NCBI GenBank assembly: GCA_965225945.1
Contig: CBDDBZ010000030.1
Coordinates: 32,001-96,000, forward strand
Reading direction: 5' to 3'
Length of the DNA: 64,000 bases
Source of the DNA: Alphaproteobacteria bacterium
GTDB lineage: Bacteria > Pseudomonadota > Alphaproteobacteria > GCA-2731375
Position numbers and translations under genes: made by a program. Of this stretch, positions 30,373 to 39,873 are shown in pieces. Each line of letters starts with the position of its first letter. Positions within the stretch are counted from its first letter, which is position 1. The notes under the pieces are model-generated. The model made no database searches and had not been told where the DNA came from. It saw only the letters and a program-made list of their open reading frames with translations.

Positions 30373-33027
30373 TCACTCTTGACTCAACAACTTGTTAAAG
30401 AACGTCCCCTCGACGTTCAGTTCGGCGAAGCTGCCCTGCTCGACGATCTTGCCTTGGCGCATCACGATCACATGATCGAAATGCTCGCCATCACGGGCGC
30501 GATGCAGGGCCCAGATCAGCGCCTTGTGTTCGAACGTTTCCAACAGACCCTCCATTATGCGGGTCTGACTGGCGCCGTCCATGCCGCTGGTGGGCTCGAA
30601 CAGCAACAGCACGTCGGGACGCTTGAGCGTGGCCCGCGCGAGCGCGAGCCGTTGCCGTTGCGCGCTGCTGAGACGCGCCCCGGCTATGCCTACATTGTAT
30701 TGCAGACCCACCTCGGCAACGGTGTGACGCAGGTCCAGCTCGCTGATCACCTCTCGGATCAGCACGCCGACCCGCTCCTGCGCCTGGGCCTGGCCGTAGG
30801 CCACTTTGCCGAATAGAATGTTGTCCTGTAAATTCGCGGCCCGATTGTAGCTCTCCCGATCAAAGAACTCGATCGCGCTCCGTAGTTCATCCGGCAGGTT
30901 TTGCGCGAAGATTTCGCGCGCGTCCAAGATCTTGGTCTGAAATTCGGCATCGACCAGGCCCAGGCGATGGCGCGCCGGCACCAGGACGAACGGTAGCGAA
31001 ATCAGGGTCGAGCGCTCGGCCATGCCGAGGGCTCGCAAATTGTCGCGATCGGCCCGTTGCAAGAGGTTCTGCAATTCCGGCAGTCCATCCGCCGAGACGA
31101 AGCTGAACTGTTGAAAGAGTTCGTGGTCCGGCGGTAGGTCGGCGAAGAGCTCGACCATGGTCGCCGCCAATTGATAGCCGACCTGGAGGAACTTTTGGAT
31201 CAGGCCCGCGTCCTCGAGGACCTCGAGGACGTACTCGTTGGCGGCCAAATGGTCGGAATCGAAGTCGTCGGTGACCGGGTTGCCGAACAGCAGGTTCTCG
31301 CCGACGCTGGCGTTGGAGTTGTAGCGATCGCGGTCGAAGGTCTCCACCAGGGGCGCGATCTCGGGGTCGATCAAACGCTCGCGCAACCGGGTCCTGGCGC
31401 TCATGATCTGCTCCGCGACATCGGCCCGCCGATCGGGATCGATGGTGCCCCGGAGGCCGAATTCGTAGATGTCCTCCGACATTCCCAACATCTCCAGGAC
31501 CTCGAGCGCGCGGGCCGTCAGGCCGGGCAGGTCGCCGACGTCGGCGGAGCCGTAGTCGGTCCAGTCTGCCTCGATGTCATGGTCGATATTGCCGGAGCGC
31601 TGTGCCTCCGAGACATAGTGTGCTCGCTCGCTCGCCGCCGTGCCCTGATAGGTGTGCTCGACCAGCGGTCGATGGCGCAGGCCGAAATACAGATTGTTGG
31701 CGATCGAGCCGGCGAAGATGAAGGAATTCTGACCGACATAGGCGGTCCGACGCCCGACCACGGCCTCGGGCGCGACGGTGAAGTCGACGCCGCCGACGGC
31801 GAGCGAGCCGCGATCGGGGTCGAGCAGGCGGGCGAGCGTGAGCACCAGCTCTTCCCGGCCGCTGCCGGGCGGGCCGATCAGCGCCACCCGACGATCGAGC
31901 GGCACGCGGGCGGAGACGCCGTCGAGCACGGCGATGTCCTGGTCGTCGCGCCACGTCACGTTGGCCAGCGCGATCTCGCCCCGGAGTGGCTCGATGCTCT
32001 CCGGTTCGGTCAACTGCGAGGCTTCGTCCCGCATGCCGGCCGGCTCGAACTGGCTGACCACCTGGTCGTACTTGATGTTGGCGTCGGAATATTGCTGGTA
32101 GTAGGCCAGCAGTTCCTTCCAGGGCGAGGCCAGGTCCTTGTGCGCGGCGATCGCCGCCACCAGCGTGCCGATCTCCAATTCGCGCTGGATTACCAGGTAA
32201 CCGCCGATCGAATAGAAGAAGAAAGGACCCAATTGCTGGATGAAGTTGTTCAGGAACTTGATGACGAACTTCTGCCGGTAGATCCGGTAGCGGACGTCGA
32301 AGATGGCGTGGAGCTGGTTGGCGAAGTGGGATAGGGCGAGGCGCGCGCCGTCATGGGCCCGGATCTCCTGCACCCCCTGCACGGTCTCTCCGATGCGTTC
32401 GGAAAGCCGGCGCACGCGGCGCACCCGCTCCTTGCCGAGCTGATTGACGCGGCGCTGAAGCTTCGGGATCAGCCAGACCTGCAGCGGATAGAGCATGACC
32501 GCCGCGAGCGCCATCCGCCAATCCTGGATGAAGAGGAAGGCCAGGATGGTGAGCAGCGTTCCGCCCTGGAAGGCCGGCTGCGAGAAGGCGTTGCCGATGA
32601 AGCCGCCCAAGGGCTCCACCTCCTGCGAGATCATCGGGATGATCTCGCCCTGGCTTATCTTGCGGAAGGTCGGGAGCGGAAAGCGCAAAATCCGCGAATA
32701 GAGGTCGTAGCGCAGCCGGCGGAGCATGCGCTCGCCGGTCAGGCCCCTGTAAACGTTGATGACGTACTTGAAGCTCTGGTTGATGATCACCAGCACCAGG
32801 AAGGCGGCGCACAGCATGAAGAGGAAGGTGACCTGGTCGACCTCGATGCCCGAGACGATCTCATAGGGGAAGTTGACCGAGCGGCCGCCGATCGCCTCGT
32901 TGATGATCAGCTTCGGCAGTTCGTAAAACAGGTAGAGGAAGGGGAAGGACGCCGCCGCCAGCACCGTCAAGATGATCTGTTGCGGTTTGCTGTAGCGCAG
33001 AACGTAGCGTAAGACCGACTTTTCCAT
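30373..33027 (-). CDS. ABC exporter (TMD+NBD) with degenerate, internally expanded NBD
   Basis: N-terminal ABC membrane domain; Walker A GPPGSGRE, signature LSSAQ, Walker B LLLFE; ~290-aa insertion within the NBD. Confidence 0.88.
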   Translation of the reverse strand: MEKSVLRYVLRYSKPQQIILTVLAAASFPFLYLFYELPKLIINEAIGGRSVNFPYEIVSGIEVDQVTFLFMLCAAFLVLVIINQSFKYVINVYRGLTGERMLRRLRYDLYSRILRFPLPTFRKISQGEIIPMISQEVEPLGGFIGNAFSQPAFQGGTLLTILAFLFIQDWRMALAAVMLYPLQVWLIPKLQRRVNQLGKERVRRVRRLSERIGETVQGVQEIRAHDGARLALSHFANQLHAIFDVRYRIYRQKFVIKFLNNFIQQLGPFFFYSIGGYLVIQRELEIGTLVAAIAAHKDLASPWKELLAYYQQYSDANIKYDQVVSQFEPAGMRDEASQLTEPESIEPLRGEIALANVTWRDDQDIAVLDGVSARVPLDRRVALIGPPGSGREELVLTLARLLDPDRGSLAVGGVDFTVAPEAVVGRRTAYVGQNSFIFAGSIANNLYFGLRHRPLVEHTYQGTAASERAHYVSEAQRSGNIDHDIEADWTDYGSADVGDLPGLTARALEVLEMLGMSEDIYEFGLRGTIDPDRRADVAEQIMSARTRLRERLIDPEIAPLVETFDRDRYNSNASVGENLLFGNPVTDDFDSDHLAANEYVLEVLEDAGLIQKFLQVGYQLAATMVELFADLPPDHELFQQFSFVSADGLPELQNLLQRADRDNLRALGMAERSTLISLPFVLVPARHRLGLVDAEFQTKILDAREIFAQNLPDELRSAIEFFDRESYNRAANLQDNILFGKVAYGQAQAQERVGVLIREVISELDLRHTVAEVGLQYNVGIAGARLSSAQRQRLALARATLKRPDVLLLFEPTSGMDGASQTRIMEGLLETFEHKALIWALHRARDGEHFDHVIVMRQGKIVEQGSFAELNVEGTFFNKLLSQE

Positions 33028-33188
33028 GGCTACGATACGTCGTCCGCGCCCAAGGTGCCCCCTCGGATTCCGCCCGCACTCTACCGGTTGATCGGCAAGA
33101 CTGCAAAGTAACTAAACCGCTTCAGAAAGTGTTTCCGAGACAACGAGGCCTATGCCATAGTCGCGACCAAGAATTAGGGGATCGCGGT

Positions 33189-34448
33189 ATGGGCACCGAC
33201 AAGGTCGGCTCGCGCGTGCTCATCTACAGTCACGACACCTTCGGGCTCGGCCACTTGCGCCGTTGCCGGACCATCGCGCATGCGCTCGTCGAGCGGTTTC
33301 GCAATATCTCGGTGCTGATTCTCTCCGGCTCGCCGATCATCGGCAGCTTCGACTTTCGCTCCCGCGTCGATTTCGTCCGCGTGCCGGGCGTGGTCAAGCT
33401 CAGGAACGGCGAATACACCCCCCTCAACCTGCATATCGACATCGACGAGATGCTGACCATGCGGGCGGAGATCATCCGCCACACGGCCGAGATCTTCGCC
33501 CCCGACGTGTTCATCGTCGACAAGGAACCGTTGGGCCTCAGGGGCGAGGTCGGGCCGACGCTTGCGCTGTTGCGCGAGAAGGGCACACGGCTGGTGCTCG
33601 GCTTGCGCGACGTGATGGACGAACCGCGCAGCCTCGCGCCCGAGTGGCAGCGCAAGAACGTGATGCCGGCGTTGCGCGACCTGTACGACGAAATCTGGGT
33701 CTACGGCCTGCCGCAGATCTGCGATCCGTTGGAGGGCATCGAGCTGTCGAAGCAGGTGCGTCGCAAGATGGTCTACACCGGCTATCTGGAGCGTACGGTG
33801 CCGAGCCCCGGCGCCAACACCATCTTGCCGAAGATGGTCGAGAATCCGTACATCCTGGTCACTACCGGCGGTGGCGGTGACGGCGAGGGACTGATCGAAT
33901 GGGTGCTGCGCGCCTACGAGAGCGATCATCCGCAGATTTACCCGGCTTTCCTGGTGTTGGGTCCGTTCATGCAACCGGAGCGACGGGCTGAATTCATGGC
34001 CCGGGTGGCGCGTCTCGACAATGTCGAGGCGATCACCTTCGATGCCCATATCGAGACCTTGGAGGCGAACGCGGTCGGCGTCGTCGCCATGGGCGGTTAC
34101 AACACCTTCTGCGAGATCCTGAGCCTCGATAAGCGAGCCTTGATCGTGCCCCGGACGGAGCCACGATTCGAACAGTGGATCCGGGTCAGCCGGGCCGAGG
34201 AGTTGGGCCTCGTCCGGATGCTGGAGGACGATGGCGCCTACGATGCCGGCACGATGGCCAAGGCCCTGCTGCAATTGCCTTATCAGAACAAACCCTCGGA
34301 CATCGTCGTACCCGGCCTGCTCGAGGGGTTGGAGAACGTCGCCCGCCTGATCGGCCCCTGGCTTCCCGGCGCGAGCCTGGTGGAGCCGAATGTCGAGGAT
34401 CGCTTCGCCGTGCCGCCCGGCCGGCGCCAGGTCGCCTCGGGGACCTGA
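33189..34448 (+). CDS. GT-B glycosyltransferase (GT28-C-like family)
   Basis: YSHDTFGLGHLRR, VTTGGGGDG, MGGYNTFCEIL. Confidence 0.85.
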   Translation: MGTDKVGSRVLIYSHDTFGLGHLRRCRTIAHALVERFRNISVLILSGSPIIGSFDFRSRVDFVRVPGVVKLRNGEYTPLNLHIDIDEMLTMRAEIIRHTAEIFAPDVFIVDKEPLGLRGEVGPTLALLREKGTRLVLGLRDVMDEPRSLAPEWQRKNVMPALRDLYDEIWVYGLPQICDPLEGIELSKQVRRKMVYTGYLERTVPSPGANTILPKMVENPYILVTTGGGGDGEGLIEWVLRAYESDHPQIYPAFLVLGPFMQPERRAEFMARVARLDNVEAITFDAHIETLEANAVGVVAMGGYNTFCEILSLDKRALIVPRTEPRFEQWIRVSRAEELGLVRMLEDDGAYDAGTMAKALLQLPYQNKPSDIVVPGLLEGLENVARLIGPWLPGASLVEPNVEDRFAVPPGRRQVASGT

Positions 34449-34462
34449 CGGACCCAAGCTCG

Positions 34463-35725
34463 ATGCGCCGGGTCGCCTTCGTTCTCAAGGGCTATCCCAG
34501 ACTCTCGGAAACCTTCATCGCGCAGGAGATACGCGCTCTGGAGCTGCGCGGGCTCGACATTCGCATCATTTCGCTGCGTCATCCGACCGAGAGCGCACGC
34601 CACCCGGTCCACGGCGAGATCCAGGCCGAGGTGTCCTATTTGCCGGAATATCTTTATCAGGAGCCGTTGCGCGTGCTTCGCGCCTGGTGGGCGATGCGGC
34701 GCGAGGCTCGCTACCCGGAGACCCGAGCCCTCTGGCTTCGCGACCTCCGGCGCGACCCGACGCCCAACCGGGTGCGTCGATTCGGCCAGGCCTTGGTGCT
34801 GGCCTGGGAACTGCCGGAAGATATCGATTCTCTGCACGCGCATTTCCTGCACACGCCGGCCTCCGTCACCCGCTACGCCGCTCAGCTGACGTCGCGACCG
34901 TGGAGCTGTTCGGCGCACGCCAAGGACGTCTGGACGACGCCCGAGTGGGAGCTCGCCGAAAAGCTCGCCGAATGTACTTGGCTGGTCACCTGCAACGGAT
35001 CGGCGGAGGCGCGCCTCGCCGCCCTGGCGCCGGCGGCGAACGCCGGCGGGACGGTGTCGCTGATCTATCACGGTTTGGACCTCGCGCGCTTTCCGCCGCC
35101 GCCCGCCGGCGGGCGCGACGCCGACGGTTCACGCGCCGAGGATCCGGTCCGCCTGCTCTCGGTCGGCCGCGCGGTGGCGAAGAAGGGCTACGGCGACTTG
35201 CTGGCCGCGCTGGCTCGATTGCCGGCTGATCTCGCCTGGCGCCTCGAACACATCGGCGGTGGGCCGGAGTTGAAGGCGCTTCGCGCCCGGGCCGAGCGAC
35301 TGGGCCTCGCCTCCCGAATCACTTGGCGCGGCGCCCTGGCGCAGGCCGAGGTGCTGGAGGCCTATCGCCGGGCGGATCTCTTCGTTCTCGCCAGCCGCAT
35401 CGCCGCTTCGGGCGACCGCGACGGTCTGCCGAACGTATTGATGGAAGCGCAGAGCCAGGCGGTCGCCTGCTTGGCGAGCGCGGTCGCCGGCATCCCGGAA
35501 CTGATCCGCGACGGCGAAACCGGCCGCCTGGTGCCACCCGAACGGGTCGACGACCTGGCAGGAGCGCTCGAGGCGCTGATCCGCGACCCCGATGCCCGCC
35601 GTCGCCTGGGGCGCGCGGGTCAGGCCCGCCTGGTGGGCGAGTTCGACGCCGATCCCTGGCTCGATCGGCTGGCCGAGCGCTTCGCCCTGGTGGCGAGGGA
35701 AGCGACGAGACGGGCCCGGGCCTGA
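34463..35725 (+). CDS. GT4 glycosyltransferase
   Basis: LKGYPRLSETFIAQEI, HAHFLH, VGRAVAKKG, DGLPNVLMEA. Confidence 0.9.
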   Translation: MRRVAFVLKGYPRLSETFIAQEIRALELRGLDIRIISLRHPTESARHPVHGEIQAEVSYLPEYLYQEPLRVLRAWWAMRREARYPETRALWLRDLRRDPTPNRVRRFGQALVLAWELPEDIDSLHAHFLHTPASVTRYAAQLTSRPWSCSAHAKDVWTTPEWELAEKLAECTWLVTCNGSAEARLAALAPAANAGGTVSLIYHGLDLARFPPPPAGGRDADGSRAEDPVRLLSVGRAVAKKGYGDLLAALARLPADLAWRLEHIGGGPELKALRARAERLGLASRITWRGALAQAEVLEAYRRADLFVLASRIAASGDRDGLPNVLMEAQSQAVACLASAVAGIPELIRDGETGRLVPPERVDDLAGALEALIRDPDARRRLGRAGQARLVGEFDADPWLDRLAERFALVAREATRRARA

Positions 35726-35738
35726 CCCGGTGACGCCC

Positions 35739-36875
35739 GTGCGGATCGCCTTCCACGCGCCGCTGAAGCCGCCCGACCATCCGACCCCCTCGGGCGACCG
35801 AGGGATGGCGCGTCTGTTGATCCGGGCGCTCGGCGCGGCCGGCCACGAGGTCGAGGTGGCGAGCCGGCTGCGCGCCTATGATGGCCGAGGCGTGCCGCGT
35901 ATTCAGGCGGCGATCCGCGACGTCGCGCGCACCCGCGCCGAGCGCTGGCTGGAGCAGGTGGCGGCGGGCGCCCGGCCTCGGCCGGACCTCTGGTTCACCT
36001 ATCACCTCTATCACAAGGCACCGGATTGGCTGGGGCCGCGGATAGCGGCCGGCCTCGGGGTGCCCTATGTGGTGGCCGAAGCTTCGCACGCGCCGAAGCG
36101 GGCCGGCGGGCCCTGGGACATCGGCTACCGCCAGGCGGAAGCGGCGATCCGCGCCGCCGACAGGGTGCTTTGCCTGACGCGCCTCGACATGGCCTGCGTC
36201 GCGCCGCTGCTGGCGGAGCCGGAACGGCTAGTCCGCCTGCCGCCTTTCATCGATCTCGAACCCTACGCCCGGGCGCTCGCCGATGCGCCGCGCGCCAGGG
36301 CCGAGGTGGCCCGCGCGCACGGACTCGATCCGGCGGTGCCCTGGTTGCTGGCCGTCGCTATGATGCGGCCGGGCGACAAGCTCGCCTCCTACCAACGGCT
36401 CGCCGCCGCGCTCGCCCGGCTCGCCGCGCGCGAGTGGCGATTGCTGGTCGTCGGCGACGGCCCGGCCAGGGGCGAGGTGCGCCGGGCGCTCGCGCCGCTT
36501 CGCCGCGTCGTGTCGTATCTGGGCGCGCTCCCGGCCGAGGCGCTGCCGCGCGTCTATGCCGCCTCGGATCTCTATCTCTGGCCGGGCGTGGGGGAGGCCT
36601 ACGGAATGGCATTCCTGGAAGCGCAGGCGGCGGGTCTCGCGGTCGTCGCCGGGCGGGAACGCGGCATCCCCGACGTGGTGCGCGACGGCGAGACCGGGGT
36701 GCTGACGCCGCCCGGCGACGATCGCGCCTTCGCCGAGACGGTCTGGGCCTTGCTGGCGGATTCCGCGCGGCGGCGCGCGATGGGACGCCGGGCGACGGCC
36801 TGGGTGGCGGCGGAACGCGACATCGCGGCGACGGCGCGGCGGCTCGACGACGCGTTGGCGGGGCTGGTGGCGTGA
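35739..36875 (+). CDS. GT4 glycosyltransferase (GTG start 35730 or 35739)
   Basis: APLKPPDHPTPSGDR, EAYGMAFLEAQAAG (EX7E). Confidence 0.88.
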   Translation: MRIAFHAPLKPPDHPTPSGDRGMARLLIRALGAAGHEVEVASRLRAYDGRGVPRIQAAIRDVARTRAERWLEQVAAGARPRPDLWFTYHLYHKAPDWLGPRIAAGLGVPYVVAEASHAPKRAGGPWDIGYRQAEAAIRAADRVLCLTRLDMACVAPLLAEPERLVRLPPFIDLEPYARALADAPRARAEVARAHGLDPAVPWLLAVAMMRPGDKLASYQRLAAALARLAAREWRLLVVGDGPARGEVRRALAPLRRVVSYLGALPAEALPRVYAASDLYLWPGVGEAYGMAFLEAQAAGLAVVAGRERGIPDVVRDGETGVLTPPGDDRAFAETVWALLADSARRRAMGRRATAWVAAERDIAATARRLDDALAGLVA

Positions 36876-37462
36876 CCCGCGTCGCCTTCCTCCGCCACGC
36901 CCCCACGACCTGGAACCAGGAGGGCCGGTTGCAGGGCCGCGCCGACCTGCCGCTCGCGCCGGAAGGTCGGGCGGGTCTCGCCGGGTGCCGGGTGCCGGCC
37001 GCGCTCGACGGCGCGCAGTGGCACGTCAGTCCGCTGACGCGGGCGCGCCAGACGGCGGCGCTGCTGGGCCATGGCGAGGCGGCCGTGGAGCCGGCCCTGA
37101 TCGAGATCGACTATGGTGAATTCGAGGGCGCGCGCCTCGCCGATCTCCGTGCCCGCCTGGGCCCGGAGATGACGGCGAACGAGGCCCGCGGCCTCGATTT
37201 CCGCCCGCCCGGCGGGGAAAGCCCGCGCGAGGTGCGCCGCCGCGTCGCCGCCTGGCTCGCGCAGCTCGCGGCGGTGGGCGGCCATCACGTCGCGGTCACC
37301 CACAAGACGGTCATCCGGAGCGTGCTCTCCCTCGCCCTCGACTGGGACATGGTGCGCAAGCAGCCGGTCCGGCTGAACTGGCGCCGGCTGCACCTCTTCA
37401 CCCTTGACGCCGACGGCCGGCCCGTGCCCTTTCGCCTCGACCTACCCCTGGAGCGGCGATGA
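36872..37462 (+). CDS. Histidine phosphatase family protein
   Basis: LRHAPTTWN..GRLQGR, SPLTRARQTA, GGES, VTHK; GTGA overlap. Confidence 0.9.
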   Translation: MTRVAFLRHAPTTWNQEGRLQGRADLPLAPEGRAGLAGCRVPAALDGAQWHVSPLTRARQTAALLGHGEAAVEPALIEIDYGEFEGARLADLRARLGPEMTANEARGLDFRPPGGESPREVRRRVAAWLAQLAAVGGHHVAVTHKTVIRSVLSLALDWDMVRKQPVRLNWRRLHLFTLDADGRPVPFRLDLPLERR

Positions 37463-38619
37463 ACCGGGCGCGGATCTTCTTCTACGTGCAGCATCTGCTC
37501 GGCATCGGCCATCTGCGACGGGCGACGACGCTCGCTCGGGCGCTCGCCGCCGCCGGCCACGACGTGCGCCTGGTCTCCGGCGGCATGGCGATCGCGAGCC
37601 GCGAGCTGGATGGCATCGAGTTCATGCAACTACCGGCGGTGATGGCCACCGACATGAGCTTCAAGACGCTCCTCGACGCCGACGGCCGAGCGATAGACGA
37701 TGCCTGGCGAGAGGCGCGGCAGCGGCGCCTGCTCGCCATGTTCGATTCGGTGGCACCGGACCTGCTGCTGTTCGAGCTCTTTCCATTCGGCCGCTGGGGC
37801 ATGCGCTTCGAATTGCTGCCGCTGCTGGACGCGGCGGCGGCGGCGCGGCCGCGGCCCCTGGTCGTGAGCTCGGTCCGCGACATCCTGGTCGCGAAGTCGA
37901 AGCCGGCGCGCTACGTTCAAATGGTCGATCTGGCCGAGCGTCACTTCGACCATGTGTTGGTGCACGGCGACGCGGCGGTGGTGCCGCTCTTTCGGACCCT
38001 GCCGCAGGCCCGCCGCATCTCCGAGCGGGTGCATCACACCGGCTACGTGGTCGACGTGGGCGGGCGCCGAGGCGGGCCCGGCGACGACGGTTGGGACGAG
38101 GTCGTGGTCTCGGCGGGCGGCGGGCGGGTCGGGCGCCGATTGCTCGAGACCGCGATTGCCGCCCGCCCCCAAACGCCCTTTGCCGACAAGCGCTGGCGGG
38201 TGCTGGTCGGCTACCACGTCGACCAGACGGATTTCCGGGAATTTCGGGCGCTGGCGAGCGAAGGGGTGATCGTCGAGCGGGCGCGGGCCGATTTCCCGAG
38301 CCTGCTGATGAATTGCGCGCTCTCGATCTCGCAAGGCGGCTACAACACGGTGATGGAGGCGCTTCGGGCCGGGTGCCGCATCGTGATCTCGCCCTATGCC
38401 GGGGCAGAGGAGAACGAGCAGACGCTGCGCGCCGAATTGCTGGCGGCCCGGGGCGCGCTACACACGATCGCCGAGGACGGACTGACGCCGGCTCGATTGG
38501 CCGAAGTCGTGCGCCGAGCCGCCGAGACGCCGCCGCCCGGAGAACTCGGCATCGACACCGACGGCGCCGGGACCACCGTCCGTCTGATCGCCGAATGGCT
38601 CGACGCGCGGAGCGGCTGA
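37459..38619 (+). CDS. GT-B glycosyltransferase, paralogue of 33189..34448
   Basis: YVQHLLGIGHLRR, VSAGGGRVG, SQGGYNTVME, EQTLRA. Confidence 0.85.
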   Translation: MNRARIFFYVQHLLGIGHLRRATTLARALAAAGHDVRLVSGGMAIASRELDGIEFMQLPAVMATDMSFKTLLDADGRAIDDAWREARQRRLLAMFDSVAPDLLLFELFPFGRWGMRFELLPLLDAAAAARPRPLVVSSVRDILVAKSKPARYVQMVDLAERHFDHVLVHGDAAVVPLFRTLPQARRISERVHHTGYVVDVGGRRGGPGDDGWDEVVVSAGGGRVGRRLLETAIAARPQTPFADKRWRVLVGYHVDQTDFREFRALASEGVIVERARADFPSLLMNCALSISQGGYNTVMEALRAGCRIVISPYAGAEENEQTLRAELLAARGALHTIAEDGLTPARLAEVVRRAAETPPPGELGIDTDGAGTTVRLIAEWLDARSG

Positions 38620-38620
38620 G

Positions 38621-39388
38621 ATGACGGGGTGGGCGGCGCTCGATGCCGAGCTCGAGGCCTGGCGCGACGCCGGAGATAGGCCGACCTTCTGGTGGCGCGA
38701 CGATGACGCGGGCCGGCCGGGCGAGGCGCTCGAACGCCTGCTCGAGCTGGGCGCGCGATGGGAGGTACCGCTGGCGCTGGCCGTGGTGCCGGCCGACTGT
38801 GGCCGGCCGTTGGCGGAACGGCTCGCGAAGGCGCCCGACGTCGCGGTCCTGCCGCACGGTCTCGGCCATTTGAACCACGCGCCCGAGGGCGCGAAGAAGG
38901 CGGAGTTCGGAGCCCATCGCCCGCTCTTCGAGCTGCTGGGCGACGTCGCCACGGGCTGGAACCGAACCCGTCTGCTGTTCGCCGCCAAGGCGCTTCCCGT
39001 CTTCGTCCCGCCGTGGAACCGGCTGGCGCCCTCGCTGGTGCCACGTCTCGCCGACGCCGGCCTCCGGGGTCTCTCGCGTTTCGGTCCCAGGGCGGCGGCG
39101 CTGGCCGCGCCCGGTATCGTCGCGTGCAATTGCCATCTCGACCTCCTCGCTTGGCGCGGGAATCGCGGTTTCGTCGGCGAGGCGGAGGCGCTGGCGGCCG
39201 TGGTGGAACATCTTTCGGGTCGTCGCGAAGGGCGCTTCGATTCCGCGGAGCCGACCGGCGTCATGAGCCATCATCTAGCTCACGACGAGGGCTGCTGGCG
39301 GTTCCTGGGCCGACTGTTCGAACACCTCCGGAAGGGCGGCGTTGGGCGCTGGTTATCGGCGGTGGAAGCCTTTAACGTGCCGCCATGA
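38621..39388 (+). CDS. Polysaccharide deacetylase family protein
   Basis: WWRDDDA, HGLGHLNH, FVPPWNR, HH motifs of the NodB-like fold. Confidence 0.85.
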   Translation: MTGWAALDAELEAWRDAGDRPTFWWRDDDAGRPGEALERLLELGARWEVPLALAVVPADCGRPLAERLAKAPDVAVLPHGLGHLNHAPEGAKKAEFGAHRPLFELLGDVATGWNRTRLLFAAKALPVFVPPWNRLAPSLVPRLADAGLRGLSRFGPRAAALAAPGIVACNCHLDLLAWRGNRGFVGEAEALAAVVEHLSGRREGRFDSAEPTGVMSHHLAHDEGCWRFLGRLFEHLRKGGVGRWLSAVEAFNVPP

Positions 39389-39873
39389 GCCTGCACCTTT
39401 ACCCGACGCGCAGTCTGCTCGCGGACTATGCGAGGGCGGCGCTCGGCGTCACCATCACCGCGGTTCCGCTGATCGTATCCGGCGGCTTCGGCGTCGTCGC
39501 CGCGATCGTGCTGGCTTTGATGGCGGTCTTCGTGGTTTACGGTTTGCGCACGGCGCTGCGCCAATTGACGCGGATCGAAGTCTCCGACATCGGTATCCGC
39601 GCACTCGGCCCGATCGGCCGGGCGATCACCTGGGACGACGTGCGCGAGGTCCGCTTACGCTACTACTCCACTCGGCGCGACCGGCGAAAGGGTTGGCTGC
39701 AACTCAAGGTCAGGGGACCGGGCGGCTCGATCGGCATGGATTCGCAGCTCGACGACTTCGAGACGGTACTGAACGCGGTGATGCGCGCGGCCTCGACGCG
39801 GGGCATCGCATCCGACCCGACGACGCTGGAGAACCTCAAGCTGTTCGAGGAACGCCGGGACAGCCTCGCATGA
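39385..39873 (+). CDS. Hypothetical 2-TM protein with PH-like cytoplasmic domain
   Basis: Two TM segments then ITWDDV..V.L.YYSTRR; ATGA overlaps at both ends. Confidence 0.75.
   Translation: MSLHLYPTRSLLADYARAALGVTITAVPLIVSGGFGVVAAIVLALMAVFVVYGLRTALRQLTRIEVSDIGIRALGPIGRAITWDDVREVRLRYYSTRRDRRKGWLQLKVRGPGGSIGMDSQLDDFETVLNAVMRAASTRGIASDPTTLENLKLFEERRDSLA

Noticed and set aside
30373-31200. Slightly AT-richer codons in the exporter 3' third as evidence of mosaic origin
   Set aside because: Impression by eye only, with no breakpoint or repeat; needs a GC3 sliding-window calculation.
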